From Callorhinchus milii (lineage: Eukaryota), in the NCBI RefSeq assembly GCF_018977255.1, contig NW_024704743.1, forward strand, positions 61,320,001 through 61,384,000: a stretch of DNA of 64,000 nt. Reading direction: 5' to 3'. Shown one piece after another: positions 13,634-26,300 of this stretch. How positions within the stretch are numbered: the stretch's first letter is position 1; every line of letters starts with the position of its first letter. Position numbers and translations under genes: made by a program. The notes beneath the pieces are model-generated. The model saw only the letters and a list, made by a program, of their open reading frames with translations, ran no database searches and was not told the DNA's origin.

Positions 13634-16600
13634 AACAACAACAACAACAACAAGATTCCATTTATAGAGCGCCTTTCACGTCAGGAGGACGTCCCAAGGC
13701 GCTGCACAGTTGGGTCATGACCCGAGCAGGGGGGAAATGGTCAGGGTGAGGGGAGGGAAGGGAGGGAGAGAGGAGGGGGGAAATGGTCAGGGTGAGGGGA
13801 GGGAAGGGAGGGAGCGAGGAGGAGGAAGAGAGTCGAGAGGGGAGCTGAAGGCACGGTCAAAGAGAAAGGTTTTGAGACCGGCCTTGAAGGAGGAAAGGGA
13901 GGAAGCAAGGCGAAGGCACTGGGGGATGGAGTTCCAGAGCCTCGGGGCTGAGAGGCTGAAGGCCCGACCACCGATGGTAGGGCGGTTGGGGCGGGGGACG
14001 TGGAGCAGACCGGAGCCAGAGGAACGGAGGGTACGGGCAGGTAGGTAGGGGGATAGTAGGTTGGAGAGGTAGGAGGGAGCAAGGCCGTGAATGGCCTTGT
14101 AGGTGAGGATGAGGATCTTGAAATCAATCCTCTGGGGGATGGGGAGCCAGTGGAGGCGAGCGAGGGTGGGAGTGATGTGGTCCCGAAGCCTGGTGCGGGA
14201 CAGTACACGAGCTGCAGAGTTCTGAATGACCTGCAGCTTGTGGAGGGAGGTGGCGGGAAGGCCGGCGAGGAGAGAGTTCCCATAGTCCAGCCTTGAGGTG
14301 ACAAAGGCGTGAACCAGGGTTTCAGCAGCGTGAGGGGTGAGGTAGTGCCGTAGTCTGGCGATATTCCGGAGGTGATGGAAGGCGGTGCCAGTTGTGGTGC
14401 GGATGTGAGGGAGAAAGGACAGCTCAGGGTCGAACAAAACGCCGAGGTTCCTGACTGGCTTTGAGAGGTGGAGAGTGCAGCCTTGGATGCTGATGGTGTC
14501 AGCGCCTGAGGTGCGGAGGCGCTGACGTGAGCCAATCAGGAGGGCCTCGGTTTTTCGCACGTTGAGCTGAAGAAAGTTGTCTCTCGTCCAGGACTCGATG
14601 TCGGACAGGCAGGCTGTCAGGACATCGGTGGTCGTGGAGTTGAGAGTAGAGGAGGAAAGGTAGAGTTGGGTGTCATCCGCATACATGTGGAAGTTAACCC
14701 CATGTTTGCGGATGATGTCACCAAGGGGGAGCATATAGAGGGTGAAGAGGAGGGGACCGAGGACAGAGCCCTGAGGGACACCACATGAGACAGTACGGGG
14801 GGTGGAGGAGAAGCCATTCGTTGAGACGAAGTGAAGACGGTGGGAAAGGTAAGAGCTAAACCATTCAAGGACAGTGCCTTGAAGGTTGAGGTGGGAGGAC
14901 AAGCGGTGGAGTAGGATAGCGTGGTCGACCGTATCGAATGCTGCCGATAGGTCGAGGAGGACGAGGAGACAGAGGGAGCCCTGGTCACAGATGGTCAGGA
15001 TATCATTGGTGACCTTGACCAGGGCAGTTTCTGTGCTATGAGCAGCACGGAAACCTGACTGAAGGGGTTCAAAAAGAGAATGGGTGGAAAGGAAAGAGCG
15101 CAGTTGGGAGGCGACAACTCTTTCCAAGACCTTGGAGAGAAAGGGGAGGTTGGAGATGGGCCGGTAGCTTGATAGCTGCGACGCATCAAGGGAGGGTTTT
15201 TTCAGGGTGGGCGTGATGATGGCAGTTTTTAATGGAATGGGGACAGAGCCAGAGGAGAGGGACAGGTTTATGATGTCAGTGATGTGTGGGGCAAGAAAAT
15301 GGAGCTGGGAGATAAGGAGTGGAGTGGGGATGGGGTCAAGGGAGCAGGTGGTTGGTTTTAGGGATAGGATGAGTTCAGTGACAGAGGGTGGGGAAACGGG
15401 TACGAAGGTGTGTAGGGGAGGATGGGTAGGAGTCGGAGTGTGGGAGGGAAGGGGTGGGTGGTGGGTGGAAGTTGGAGGGGAAGTGACCGCGGAGCGGATT
15501 CCCTTGATCTTGGATTCAAGGAAATCCAGCATCTCCTCGCAGTGAAGGTTGGAGGAGATGACCTGCGCGGGGTGGCGGGGGGGACGGAGGAGTCGGGATG
15601 TGGTGGAAAACAGTAGCCTGGGGTTGTTCTTCGCCTCCAGGATTATCCTGGAGTAGAAGGACGACTTGGCCGAGGCTAGAGTGGAGCGGTAAATTTTGAG
15701 GAGGTCCAGCCAGATTTGTCGGTGGACCGTTAGGCCAGATTTGACAAAGGTGCGCTCAGCAGCCCGCACCTGGCATTTCAGTGAGCGGAGGTGGGTGGTG
15801 TACCAGGGGGAGGAGCGGGAGTAGGAGACAGTGCGGGAAGTGATGGGGGCAAGAGTATCGAGTGTGGAGGAGAGGATATTGTGGAGGAGGGAGAGAGGAG
15901 AAGAGGGGTCGGTGAGGGTTGAAGGCCAGAGGGAGAGGAGTTCAGAGGACTCCAAGGCATCGGTTAGGGATTGTGGGGGTAACTTCTTCCAAGGGCGGTA
16001 GAAGATGGTGGTGGGTCTGGTGGAGGTGGGGAGGGGGGTGGAGGTGGTGAAGGAGATGAAGTAGTGGTCGGAGATGGCCTTGTCGGTAATAGTGACATCC
16101 GAGACACTGAGGCCCCGGGTGATCACCAAATCGAGTGGGTGGCCGTGACTGTGAGTGGGGGAGTTTATGTGTAGGGAAAGGTTGAGTGAGGAGAGCAGGG
16201 AAGAGAAGTCTGTGGAGATGGAGCAGGAGGGGGTGAAGTGTAGGTTAAAGTCGCCCAGGATGATGAGGCGATCAGAGGAGAGGCAAAGAGATGTGAGGAG
16301 TGTTGAAATGTCAGAGATGAAGGTGGGAGAGGTTTTAGGGGGCCGGTAGAGGAGGAGGATTTTAAGGGAGAGGAATGAGGGGTGGGAGAGGGTGAGGTGC
16401 TCGAAGGAGGGGAAAGAGCCAGTGGAGTAGGGGGATAGGGCAAGTGGTGTCCTTGAGATAAGGGCAACACCACCGCCACGGCGGTTGGGGCGGGGGATGT
16501 GGTGGGAGGTGTAGCCGGGTGGCGTGGCCTCCGTGAGGGGGAAGGTGTCGCCTGGGGTGAGCCACGTTTCTGTCAAGGCCATGATATCAACGTTCTCATC

Positions 16601-17305
16601 AAGGATGAGATCGTTGATGACCAGGGCCTTGTTGCAGAGGGAGCGGACATTTTGCAGTCCGATGTGGAGGGAGCGGTTGACAGAAGGGTGTGTGGGAGGG
16701 GAGGGGGGTCCAGGTTGTGAGGCAGGGGTGGGGGGAATGGGGATGAGGGAGGAGAGGTTGACTCCCCGGGTCTGTGTCCGGGGTGGCTGGCGAGAGTGGT
16801 GGGGAATGGGGCAGTCGGTGTGGCTGCTGCTGGACAGCCAACGCCGAGTGCCGCGGTGAGCCCGGCGGAGGATTCCCAGGCTGGAACAGAGGGAGGTTGT
16901 GGGAGGGTCAAGTGGGGATAGAAGACGAGAGGGACGGAGAGAGAGGAGGAGAGAGCGGGAGAGATGCAGAGGGGGGAGGGTTTGGGGGGAGAGAGGAGGG
17001 GGGAGGGAGGGAGGGGGTGAGGGGGCTCGGGTCAAAGCGGCAGCCATAGTGCGCACGCGGGGACCGGGAGCGAGCGGTCAGGTGGATGGCATTATCCCGC
17101 AGATTGGGGCATCGAACCCAACAGGACCATAGTGGGCTCTGATGTGAGCCCTGGGGGGTGGGGGGGGGGCGCGGAGTTTTTTTTTTTTTTTTTTTTTGTG
17201 CGCGCGCACTCACCTGAAAACTAATCTATGACGTCGCAGTTCCCCCGCTCCGCCTCCAGACCACCCCTCCCCTCCCCTGCCTAGCTGAACTCGCTCCGGC
17301 GTCGA
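13634..17305 (-). mobile_element. Apparently full-length L2-clade non-LTR retrotransposon: GC-rich 5' leader, single ORF, 3' stem-loop and (TTG)n tail
   Basis: Uninterrupted EN+RT ORF. The minus-strand 3' end reads ...GACGTGAAAGGCGCTCTATAAATGGAATC(TTG)n. The 5' boundary is approximate (end of the CpG-rich segment), and no clear TSD was found. Confidence 0.9.
13787..17047 (-). CDS. L2 LINE ORF2-type protein: APE-like endonuclease + reverse transcriptase (1086 aa from the first ATG)
   Basis: EN motifs LQNVRSL, LTETWL, GGGVA, YRPP, LGDFN, LDLVIT, SDH. RT motifs [54 protein letters not shown]2-type C-terminus [10 protein letters not shown]...LHWLP...GGRAFS...[10 protein letters not shown]. Confidence 0.95.
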   Translation of the reverse strand: MAAALTRAPSPPPSLPPPLSPQTLPPLHLSRSLLLSLRPSRLLSPLDPPTTSLCSSLGILRRAHRGTRRWLSSSSHTDCPIPHHSRQPPRTQTRGVNLSSLIPIPPTPASQPGPPSPPTHPSVNRSLHIGLQNVRSLCNKALVINDLILDENVDIMALTETWLTPGDTFPLTEATPPGYTSHHIPRPNRRGGGVALISRTPLALSPYSTGSFPSFEHLTLSHPSFLSLKILLLYRPPKTSPTFISDISTLLTSLCLSSDRLIILGDFNLHFTPSCSISTDFSSLLSSLNLSLHINSPTHSHGHPLDLVITRGLSVSDVTITDKAISDHYFISFTTSTPLPTSTRPTTIFYRPWKKLPPQSLTDALESSELLSLWPSTLTDPSSPLSLLHNILSSTLDTLAPITSRTVSYSRSSPWYTTHLRSLKCQVRAAERTFVKSGLTVHRQIWLDLLKIYRSTLASAKSSFYSRIILEAKNNPRLLFSTTSRLLRPPRHPAQVISSNLHCEEMLDFLESKIKGIRSAVTSPPTSTHHPPLPSHTPTPTHPPLHTFVPVSPPSVTELILSLKPTTCSLDPIPTPLLISQLHFLAPHITDIINLSLSSGSVPIPLKTAIITPTLKKPSLDASQLSSYRPISNLPFLSKVLERVVASQLRSFLSTHSLFEPLQSGFRAAHSTETALVKVTNDILTICDQGSLCLLVLLDLSAAFDTVDHAILLHRLSSHLNLQGTVLEWFSSYLSHRLHFVSTNGFSSTPRTVSCGVPQGSVLGPLLFTLYMLPLGDIIRKHGVNFHMYADDTQLYLSSSTLNSTTTDVLTACLSDIESWTRDNFLQLNVRKTEALLIGSRQRLRTSGADTISIQGCTLHLSKPVRNLGVLFDPELSFLPHIRTTTGTAFHHLRNIARLRHYLTPHAAETLVHAFVTSRLDYGNSLLAGLPATSLHKLQVIQNSAARVLSRTRLRDHITPTLARLHWLPIPQRIDFKILILTYKAIHGLAPSYLSNLLSPYLPARTLRSSGSGLLHVPRPNRPTIGGRAFSLSAPRLWNSIPQCLRLASSLSSFKAGLKTFLFDRAFSSPLDSLPPPRSLPSLPSP

Positions 17306-17709
17306 GTTTAAGTTTAACAGCCAATTATGGTCAAGCATTCCATATTCTAACAACTAGGTGGAAATGCAATGATTTATAAGGGGATTCCTTACTAAGAGAT
17401 CCAAGTGCGGATGCCTTCCTGTAACTCATGGTTCACCCTTACTATTTTGATCTGCAGGAACCCTGTTGTGAAAGTAAATTGTGTTATGCGTCAGTGTGAT
17501 CTACTTTGAGCTACTTTTAAGAGAGCCCACCAAAATTGCTCCATATTAGACCCCCATCACAGGAGACAAGAGATATGTGGTTGAAGAAGGCTCTTCAGTC
17601 TTTCTGATCTCATCCTTCAAAATAACCATTTTACTAACTTCCGTTTTCAGCATAAAAACATCAGGGAGCAAACAGAAAACAAGCGACAGAGAAAGAATCA
17701 CGTTTTTGG

Positions 17710-18470
17710 GGGGGTCAGCTGGGCATGTGTAGCACATGCAGAAACCTATCACCAAACCAGACTGAGAGTTTTACATATGTATGCTATCTATGCATGAGAA
17801 TTTCCCAGGGTCCAGAATGCAATGTGCACTCTCTCCCTTGAAGGAGCACACTTTTCTTATCTAATTCTGGAGGGTTTTAAGCACAGTGGCTGGTGAGAGC
17901 AAAGACTTAAATGCTACCATAGTGAAGGGTGTTACATAAATCCAAGTTGTTGTGTTGAAGACCCCAAAGTGTGGGTTAGGGTACTGCTTGAGTTTAATGA
18001 GCCAAAACCACATAGCTTGTCATTGTGAGCATTTGTCGAGCAAGCTTCTGGCTACTTGTTCAGCTAGTGCACCCTCCCCATTAGTCCATGAGCCAAGGGG
18101 CAATAACCCCAGTGACCCCTCCATGGCTTGGTGACAAGTACTGGGTCAGATGACTGAGGATATGTCAGAGGGTTGATTCAGTGGCAAAATTCCCATTGAC
18201 AAGTACATCAGCTCAGTTTGCTAGAAGACAGCACTCTCCCCTCCCCCATGATGATAATCACTAGTTGATCATTTGACATAAAAGAGCAGGATTGGGCTCA
18301 CTCTGAATGGATGGCAGGTACCAGAAATTCCCTGCAAGCATTCTTGTGAGCAGCGCAACACAGCGTGAAATACGTAAGAGTGTTGCTGCCCTATTCTTAC
18401 TCACAGGTTGGACACACATCTCTACCCATTGAGCGATGTTTCCACCTGTTGGAAGTGTGGAACTTCAGCA
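17710..18470 (+). repeat. Unclassified ancient dispersed repeat, copy A (orientation arbitrary); short L2 tail inserted at ~17909-17953
   Basis: Colinear by eye with 40035..40660 and 22310..22920, and with the reverse complements of 46420..47048, 2540..2765 and 58325..58512. Confidence 0.7.
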
Positions 18471-21400
18471 GTAGCTATTCACCTCTCTGCAAATCAATCA
18501 AAATGGAATCCAAGCCTTGCTTACGTGAGTGTGCATTCATGAACACGGACGTCAGCTAATGCCTTCCAGCAGCTGTCGTCCCAAGCTTCAGAGTTTTCTC
18601 ATCAGCTATTCAAAGGCATTGGCCTAAGTATCGTGGAAGAACCTGTAAAGGACAGCTTCTCATGCCCCAAATACCTTGATGTTCTTGAGGTCCAAGTCCA
18701 ATATCATAAACTAGACTTATTCAACTCCAAATACTTAAAGTCCTCATGTAAGGGGCTTTAGCAAATAGATGGGACTGAATCCGACTACACCTCCAGGGTG
18801 CTTAGTGAAAAGTAATGTAAGCTATGTTATGTATTCTGTACTTATGCCACTCAGAAAAGCATAAATATACAAAGTGTTGAGGCACCTGGGCAAGCAGAGA
18901 CTTAGGAGAGTTTCAGCTAACCTTATTTTTTTCATTATTTGCTTTCCCAGATCACACCAACTGAGAAATAATGTGTACTGGTCAGTGGAGTTCAGAAAGC
19001 AAATGATGCGTGGTGTGTCCCGAGAATAAAAAGGCAACCTGGAATGCAAAGCACCCAGAAATGATGTTCTGCCAGCCACACTCAGCATCACTGTGGCATT
19101 ATTATTCTGTATGGCAAGAACTCTTCAAACTCTTACAGGCGACACAGCAGGAAGAAGACAGACAGTGCTCAATATCTAAATGTGTCACTCAGGGAATGGC
19201 TGCTTCAGTGACAAAAGCTTGTGTAATTTGTAGATTTCCTGTGAGTGAGTGATCAGCAAAAGAGGCAAGTTATGCCATTTTTCATTTAATCGGCTCCCAG
19301 AGGCCTGAAATTGCACCTAGTCTTAACCTGTAGGGCCAAATTCTCTTAAAATGTACAGCACAAGAATTATGGAAAGAAAATTCTTAAGATCATACTTTGG
19401 AAACTAGTTATTTTAAGTACTGTGCAAAACTGCCTTTCAAATCAAGGTGACATTTAAGAAGTTTCTTAAATTCTTCATGATTGAAAATTATTAGACAAAA
19501 CAGTCCTTGATCCACGTTCGGACTTTCAAATCAGTCTAGATTGACACTCCAATGCAGTGAGGGAACATCCCATGGCACTCCTCAAAAATAGAAGGAAGTT
19601 TCTCCAGGCGCCCTGATCGACAATCCCTCAAATAATACATGCAGATTGGCTGACACTGTTTGTACATCCTGACAAGTGTTTTGAGATGTCATCTCGATGT
19701 CAAAGGCAAGGATTATTATATTCATATTATTATTTCCCCAGGACTACCTAGGGTGAAACATACAACATTTTATATAAGTATCACTGGAGAAATTATTGCT
19801 GAAAATTGTGGTCGAAAGCATTCTTTGATTATCGATTAGTTTGAGTGTGAACACTAGACTTCCCCATCCTCAACACAATAAAGTAGCCTGAAACAAGCCC
19901 AAGCCTCCATCTGCCAACATTATTGCTGCCACCTGTGGACCACATAAGTTCCTCACTGCCGCTAAATTACAGAAATCACTGGTGGTTCACAACTCCCAAT
20001 GTGTGAGTCATCACCAAACTGATGGGATGTACATTGAACAACTGATCTCTATCCCAGATTCAATAATATTTTATTACACCGAAGAAAACCAGATGGAGTC
20101 TAACTTGTTAACTTGAAGAAAACCAGATGGTTTTCTGTTTCCATTTACTCAGTTGGTTTGTGAATTGGTTTGCTGAATGTTTCTTTCATGTTAGAAGCAG
20201 CAGCACCAATCAATGCAATATTTGTTCCTCTGGCCAAGTTCGAACAAGTACCATCAGCAAAATGAAAAGCTGTTACATGCACAGTTGTAGAAGAACATAA
20301 ATCTTTCTATAGAATATCTGTTGCTGTCATTTGCTGCCTGCCTCTCTCTATTTCAAGTGTTTTTATTTCATGTTATTTTATAAATAAGCCGATGTAGTCT
20401 CTGAAAAAGATCAGTGGAACTCTTATTACACACACCGTTTATCATTCATACCTGACAGTAAAAAAGGCTTTTAGAATAGTATGGATAGATGACATTTCAG
20501 CCTGTTTCTGACAAGCTTTTCCTTTCCCTCTCTCTCTCGCTCGCTCTCTTTTTGTCTATCTCTGTAATGCACAATTTCAACTTCCTCAAACAAGTTGATT
20601 TCAGTTCTTCCACTTTCAATTTCTAATTATTTCCCTTTGGGTCTAAGTCAATCTCTCTCATTCAGTCCAGTCTCACTCTCTCATCCAGCCTGATCTCCCA
20701 AATCCTATCTCTAAATACCTTACAAACCTAAGTAATACTGAACTGCCAGTCAGCAACTTGCATTAAATAGACATTGGAGTCTAACTTGCATATTATTCCT
20801 GCAGATAACTGGCTGAGTCAGAAACCAACCCATTTAGATCACCACTAACACTGTATTTTTATAGGGAGATGTATAACTTTACTCTTAATTGAATAATGTT
20901 AAAAACGTAGGTCCGTGGGTGATACAAGCAGATTTTTACTGATACAATGGTCATGTGATGGATAATCCAGGGCACTTGAGAGATACAACAGTCTTGGGTG
21001 AGTCACTACAGTTTCACCTCTCACATCTTTAGGTGATATAAGCAGAGGCAAAGAACTTGGGGGGAAAAATAACTGAGTGTTATTGGAATATGGAATTATA
21101 TTCCATAGAAAGACTGGTGAAGCTAAGATCACACAAACATTAAAAAAAATATCTTTTAAAGAGGAACAATAAAAAAGAGTTTAAGATAAAGTAGGGCATT
21201 GAGATTGGAGTGAATAGCTCTAGTTCCAGACCTGGTACCCTAGGCTCGAGTGCCTATTAACCTCCCTTTTGTTGTTATTTCTATGATTTTAAAGTTGAAT
21301 GAAGAGGCAAAAAAAAAAAAACAATGATAGCAAGTGGACTCCAGCAGTGTACAATCTTATAATACATTGTACACTGTATCCTGATATTTTTAGATTGTTG

Positions 21401-23086
21401 CACCCCCATCCCACCTGCCTGTTATCCGGTAGATGGGTTGGTGAGTGTGTAGGTTGGTGGGTGGAGGATCAGCAGCTGTGTAGAATGCTGCATGTTTGAG
21501 GACGGCAGCTGGGAAGATTTCTCTATTGTTACTTTAGCTTTTCTATTTTCAGTTTTAGATTAGCAATTGTGGCCTCAATGCTGCATAGTGATGTTCCTCC
21601 CACACTCTGTGCTTGCTCCCAGCTGCAGTGACCTTACTGCAATAATCATTAAAACATTCAAGATCAATTCTTGCACAATATTCTACCAAACTGGCTTCAC
21701 TAAACTATCACCGAACTATCTTCTTCATATTCCTTCTCACTGCCAGTGTTGTTCTACATGTATCTTTCTGCTGCTTTGTTATTAGTATGATAATCTGATA
21801 GAGTCATGTTGCTGGAACAGGAGGACATCAAGGTATAATTTTTGAGCAATGATAAAGGATTTGTAACCAGTAAATCTTGCCCTGGATGTCTCAGGAGTCG
21901 AATCACTGGAACTTGCCTTAGCTTTCGATCTCATTCTGGTGTCTGGAGCCTCTTTTAACCACAATTTGTTTCACAGAAGTCAGAACTATTATGAGCATCT
22001 GAGCGGAGTTCTATCAGGTTGTTCCTGACACATCCAGATACGTGCAGAATTCTCCAGTTATAAATGCTTTACAACTCTTGTAAGTTAGACTTTATGATAG
22101 CTTACAGCAATAAAAAATTATATTAGATTAAATTTCGTTCCCAATTAACTTGATTACAGGATCTAAAGTATGGCAAAATATGAGATGTCTCAATGATGTG
22201 GTAAGGCATTATATCAAATGCAAGGATTATTATTATGGGCTATTAGCCTATCAGCTAACTATGTTCAAACGCACATAATATGCTCTTAATTGTGTAATTA
22301 ACCCCGTTTTTTGCTCAGCCAGATATCCGACACACACGGAAACCCATCACCATTGAAAATCCCCAAACCGAACTACTGAGAGTTCCACATATGTCTTGAT
22401 TCTGATTGTCTGAAATGGAGTGTTCACTCTTTTCCCATAGATATCATCTTGCTCACCTAGTCCCAAAGCATTTAGGTGCCAATTGGTGAGGGTCATAGCT
22501 TGGAGACCCTAAAGTGTGCTTTGGGAATACTGTTGGAGTTTAACCAACTAAAATTGTATAGATTGCAATTGCAAAGACTTGCCAGCTTCCCTTTGGAGTC
22601 TTCCATAGAAGAGTAGTGAAGCTAAAACGTTAAAAAATAAACTATAATTTAAAGAGAAACCATAATTTAACAATGAAAGAATTTAAGGAAAAGGCAGGGA
22701 ATTGGGATTGGAGTGGATAGCTCTAGTTTTGCAGATGGGATCCAGGACTTGATGGACCACATGACCATCGTCCAAGTTGGAGCCTCCTCCCCATCAGGGC
22801 TTTGGCTTGCAAGGTTAACAGGATGTGAGTAGGAAGAATCCTTGCTCCCAGTCACAGGTTTGTTACTCCAAGTTCTGTCAATGAATCAGACTCGCTGGTT
22901 TGTCATGAACATCAACTGATAAGAAGGATTGCAGGTCCTTCTCTAATCCTTTTCATTGCATAATTACAAAATGCTGTCAGTTGCAAACCTGTGACTCCAT
23001 TTGTGGCCACCAGTTGAGAATCTCGAGAACAGCCAAGTAAAGAAACAGGCCTGAGAGCAAAACCCTGCTCCTGACTTGCTAATTTC

Positions 23087-23186
23087 ACAGCAGTGTTGGG
23101 GAGTGAAACTCTACACAGTAAACGTACAGCAGTGTCAGGGAGTGAAACTCTACACAGTAAATATACAGCAGTGTCAGGGAGTGAAA
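23087..23186. repeat. Minisatellite, ~2.5 copies of a 39-bp unit (ACAGCAGTGTCAGGGAGTGAAACTCTACACAGTAAATAT)
   Basis: Units start at 23087, 23126 and 23165. Confidence 0.9.
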
Positions 23187-23191
23187 GCTTA

Positions 23192-23347
<156 letters not shown>

Positions 23348-26300
23348 TTAATTATCCAACAGCATTTCTACTGACAATGACAGAACACGATGAGGGTAAC
23401 AATTCAGTGAGGTGTTACATGCAGTGCCTTTGGTGAGCTTTAATGGTGAAATACCATTGATGGTGATGTCCAAAATGATAAACAGATGTTTTACCCAGAT
23501 ATTCTATGTAATTGTATTTTTCACATTAAAACAAATCTTACAGGAGGTATGTTGAGGTTTATATTCATCAGAAGAAATAAGTGTTTGGTTGGGAAAAAAT
23601 AATTCATGAAAAAAAGAGGGTTTTTAAACATTAAATCCTAGTTATGTCTTGAACTGACTGTGAAGGTGTGAAGTTATTGACTTGTTCTTCTCTGTAACTC
23701 TCATTTGTGTTTCAATCTCTGTTGTGTTTTCTAAAAGTGCCATGGGTTCTTTAACTTCCATTTGAACAGGCAGACTGGACCTCAGTCTCATCTTTACAGT
23801 TGAATCTATCTTTTCAACTACTTCACAGTTCCTATTCCTATACCTACAAAAAAACTGTGACACATTCTGCTGACAAATTATCAGACTATTGAATTATCTG
23901 ACATTATACCATCTCTAAGGTAACAAATTCCATGACACAAGCCAGTCAAAGAAACACATCAAAGAATGGGTGGAAACTCACAAAATGGAGCAGACCTCAA
24001 AATGAGGTGAATAATACAGAAATGCTACAATTTTAATGATGTTGACATTTCCATCAAATTGATCTTGAATAATGCAATTCAGAACCTAAATGAAAAGATA
24101 TGTCAGCAGAAAGACATTCCACAAGCGGCACAATAACCATTCCTGTCATCTAAAACTGGCAGCATTTATAGAGTAAGAATTATTCATTGCTGAATCAGAG
24201 AACAATTCACAAGCATGGAACATTGGTTTGGATAAAGAACATGTTTCTATTGGCTCTGATGATTCAGGAGTTTAATGCAGTGCATCAACTGGTAATGAGC
24301 CATAAAGACCAGAGAAGTTTCAGGTATGATCCCTTGTCTATGCTGAGCTAACTGATTCTAGCAGGTGGCTGGGACGGTGTTGGTGCCAGAATTTATATAT
24401 CCTCAGGGTAAGGAAAGGAAAAATCATTAGGAACTTCCATTAGATTGTTGTCCAGAGACTTCTACTGATCTGTGTGTATTTGTGTGTGTGTGCTTGTGTG
24501 CAAGTAAGATATATATATATACACAGTAGAGGCCCAAAATTTATATATTCTTAGCATTAAGGTCATTGTCTTAAGTTTATGATCATGTAATCTTGATTTA
24601 GAAACTAGTTTTCAGCTGTTCTTAAAATAAAAATGAACAAATATAAGAGTTAATTTAAGAATTTTCTAAAATTGAAGGCAATGAGGCTGGATGAACTTGG
24701 CTATGCTTCCACCCCCTCCCCCTCCTCCCAGGATTGAATAGTCTTCTGACATGATGAAAAATGGATACTTCAGCATGGTACTAGCAGACTGTTTTTCATT
24801 GGAACAATGCCATATCATGAGTCATTGCTTTCAGGGAAGCAGTGAGGGGAAGGGAGGAACATTGTCTTCATTTGTTTTTTAAACATCATGAGCAACAATA
24901 GCAGCCCCTAGTGGTTTTGGCAACAACAAAGGTGGCTGCTGAAATCTTCATCCAGTGTTCCACAATTCGTAAGTTCCACATCTGGACCTAGTCTTTAATT
25001 ACCAATTGGAAAATTCCCATGTTTGTTAACAAATTTGACCACGATCATAAATCTCTTAAAATTTATCACATTTTTTACCATCTTATCTGAACTTTGCAGT
25101 ATTTCTAAATGGATTTCATAATTAAGAAATTTGATTTGTGATTTCTTCCATCAACTAGCAAGTATGTCATTACACATCACACATGATGCACACATCACAC
25201 CAACTCCAGCTTACAATAGCACTCCGAGACTCTGGCCCGCATGAAGGGTGTTACATAAATGCAAGTTGTTGTAGAATAGCTTTCCTGCAAAGTTTTCATA
25301 ATGTACTTGATGCTGATTCTCGGAAACAGAAATCATCACAATTTTAATCCCCAATAAGCCACAATGTTTTTCCTTGGTTAGTGATAGATTGTAAAAGGAG
25401 ATGCCAAATGTGTCAACATTGTGGGCTTTATTTTTTGTCATCAAACAAATCTGAATCTACTGTTTCTGGATGCTACAATCCTACCAGATGAGTTCATTGC
25501 CAATTGTAGGATAATGTTTTCTTGTGAGCTTTAGCAGTTGTACTGAAGGCTCTGAGTGGGATGCGCTTCCTGCTCCTTCTTTCCCAAATATTTCATCCAG
25601 ACAACTGTGACTCCTATTGCCCACACTTTTTTCTTCTATTATTCAACCAACCTTCTTAAGGACTATACTTGTAAAAGCATTTGGTAATTTATGAATACAT
25701 ACATTCCCCCTACCATATTTTATGCACTCTTTCCTATAAGTATATTTGAGGGTATCTTCTCACATCCTTATGAGCTCAATACTATGCTCTGCATCTAAAG
25801 CTCCCAGTTATTAGTGACACAGTCGGCATCGATCTATCTGAGGATTGGTCTGATTTTAGTGTTTATATCCCATAAGCTTGGTTATAGAAATGCTCATTGA
25901 AATATGGCTAACAAGTCTATGGATTACAAGTCTGTGGATTAACAAGTCAATCCATGACTGTTTGTGGGACACAGCTGTGCGCAATTGGCTGCCGCATTTC
26001 TCCCACAAATATACGGTCAATTCACTTTGCAGTCTATTCTGTGAAGCGTTTTGAGACGTCTAGAAGATGTAAAAAGCACTATATCAAATGCAAGGATTAT
26101 TATTATTATTATAGATAGCGAACACACCCAGGTTATCAAACTCCCAATCACAGTCAATCCTGTGAAGTGTTTGGGGACTAACTCCCGATGTAAAAGATGC
26201 TGTACCAAATGCAAGGAATATTATTTATAACTTCAATATAATTTATATCTTATAACTTCAGGCAAATTCGAATATTGGTAATTGTTACAAATTAAGGACA

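Noticed and set aside
13710..17213. Numerous overlapping alternative-frame and antisense ORFs
   Set aside because: Shadows of the C-rich L2 ORF; low-complexity Pro/Ser or Gly/Arg products with no independent motifs.
23087..23186. CRISPR-like array
   Set aside because: The units are head-to-tail with no unique spacers, the context is a vertebrate intron, and there are no cas genes.
24901..24914. CTCF-like motif CCACTAGGGGCTGC (minus strand)
   Set aside because: It deviates at core positions and cannot be supported without a PWM scan or ChIP data.
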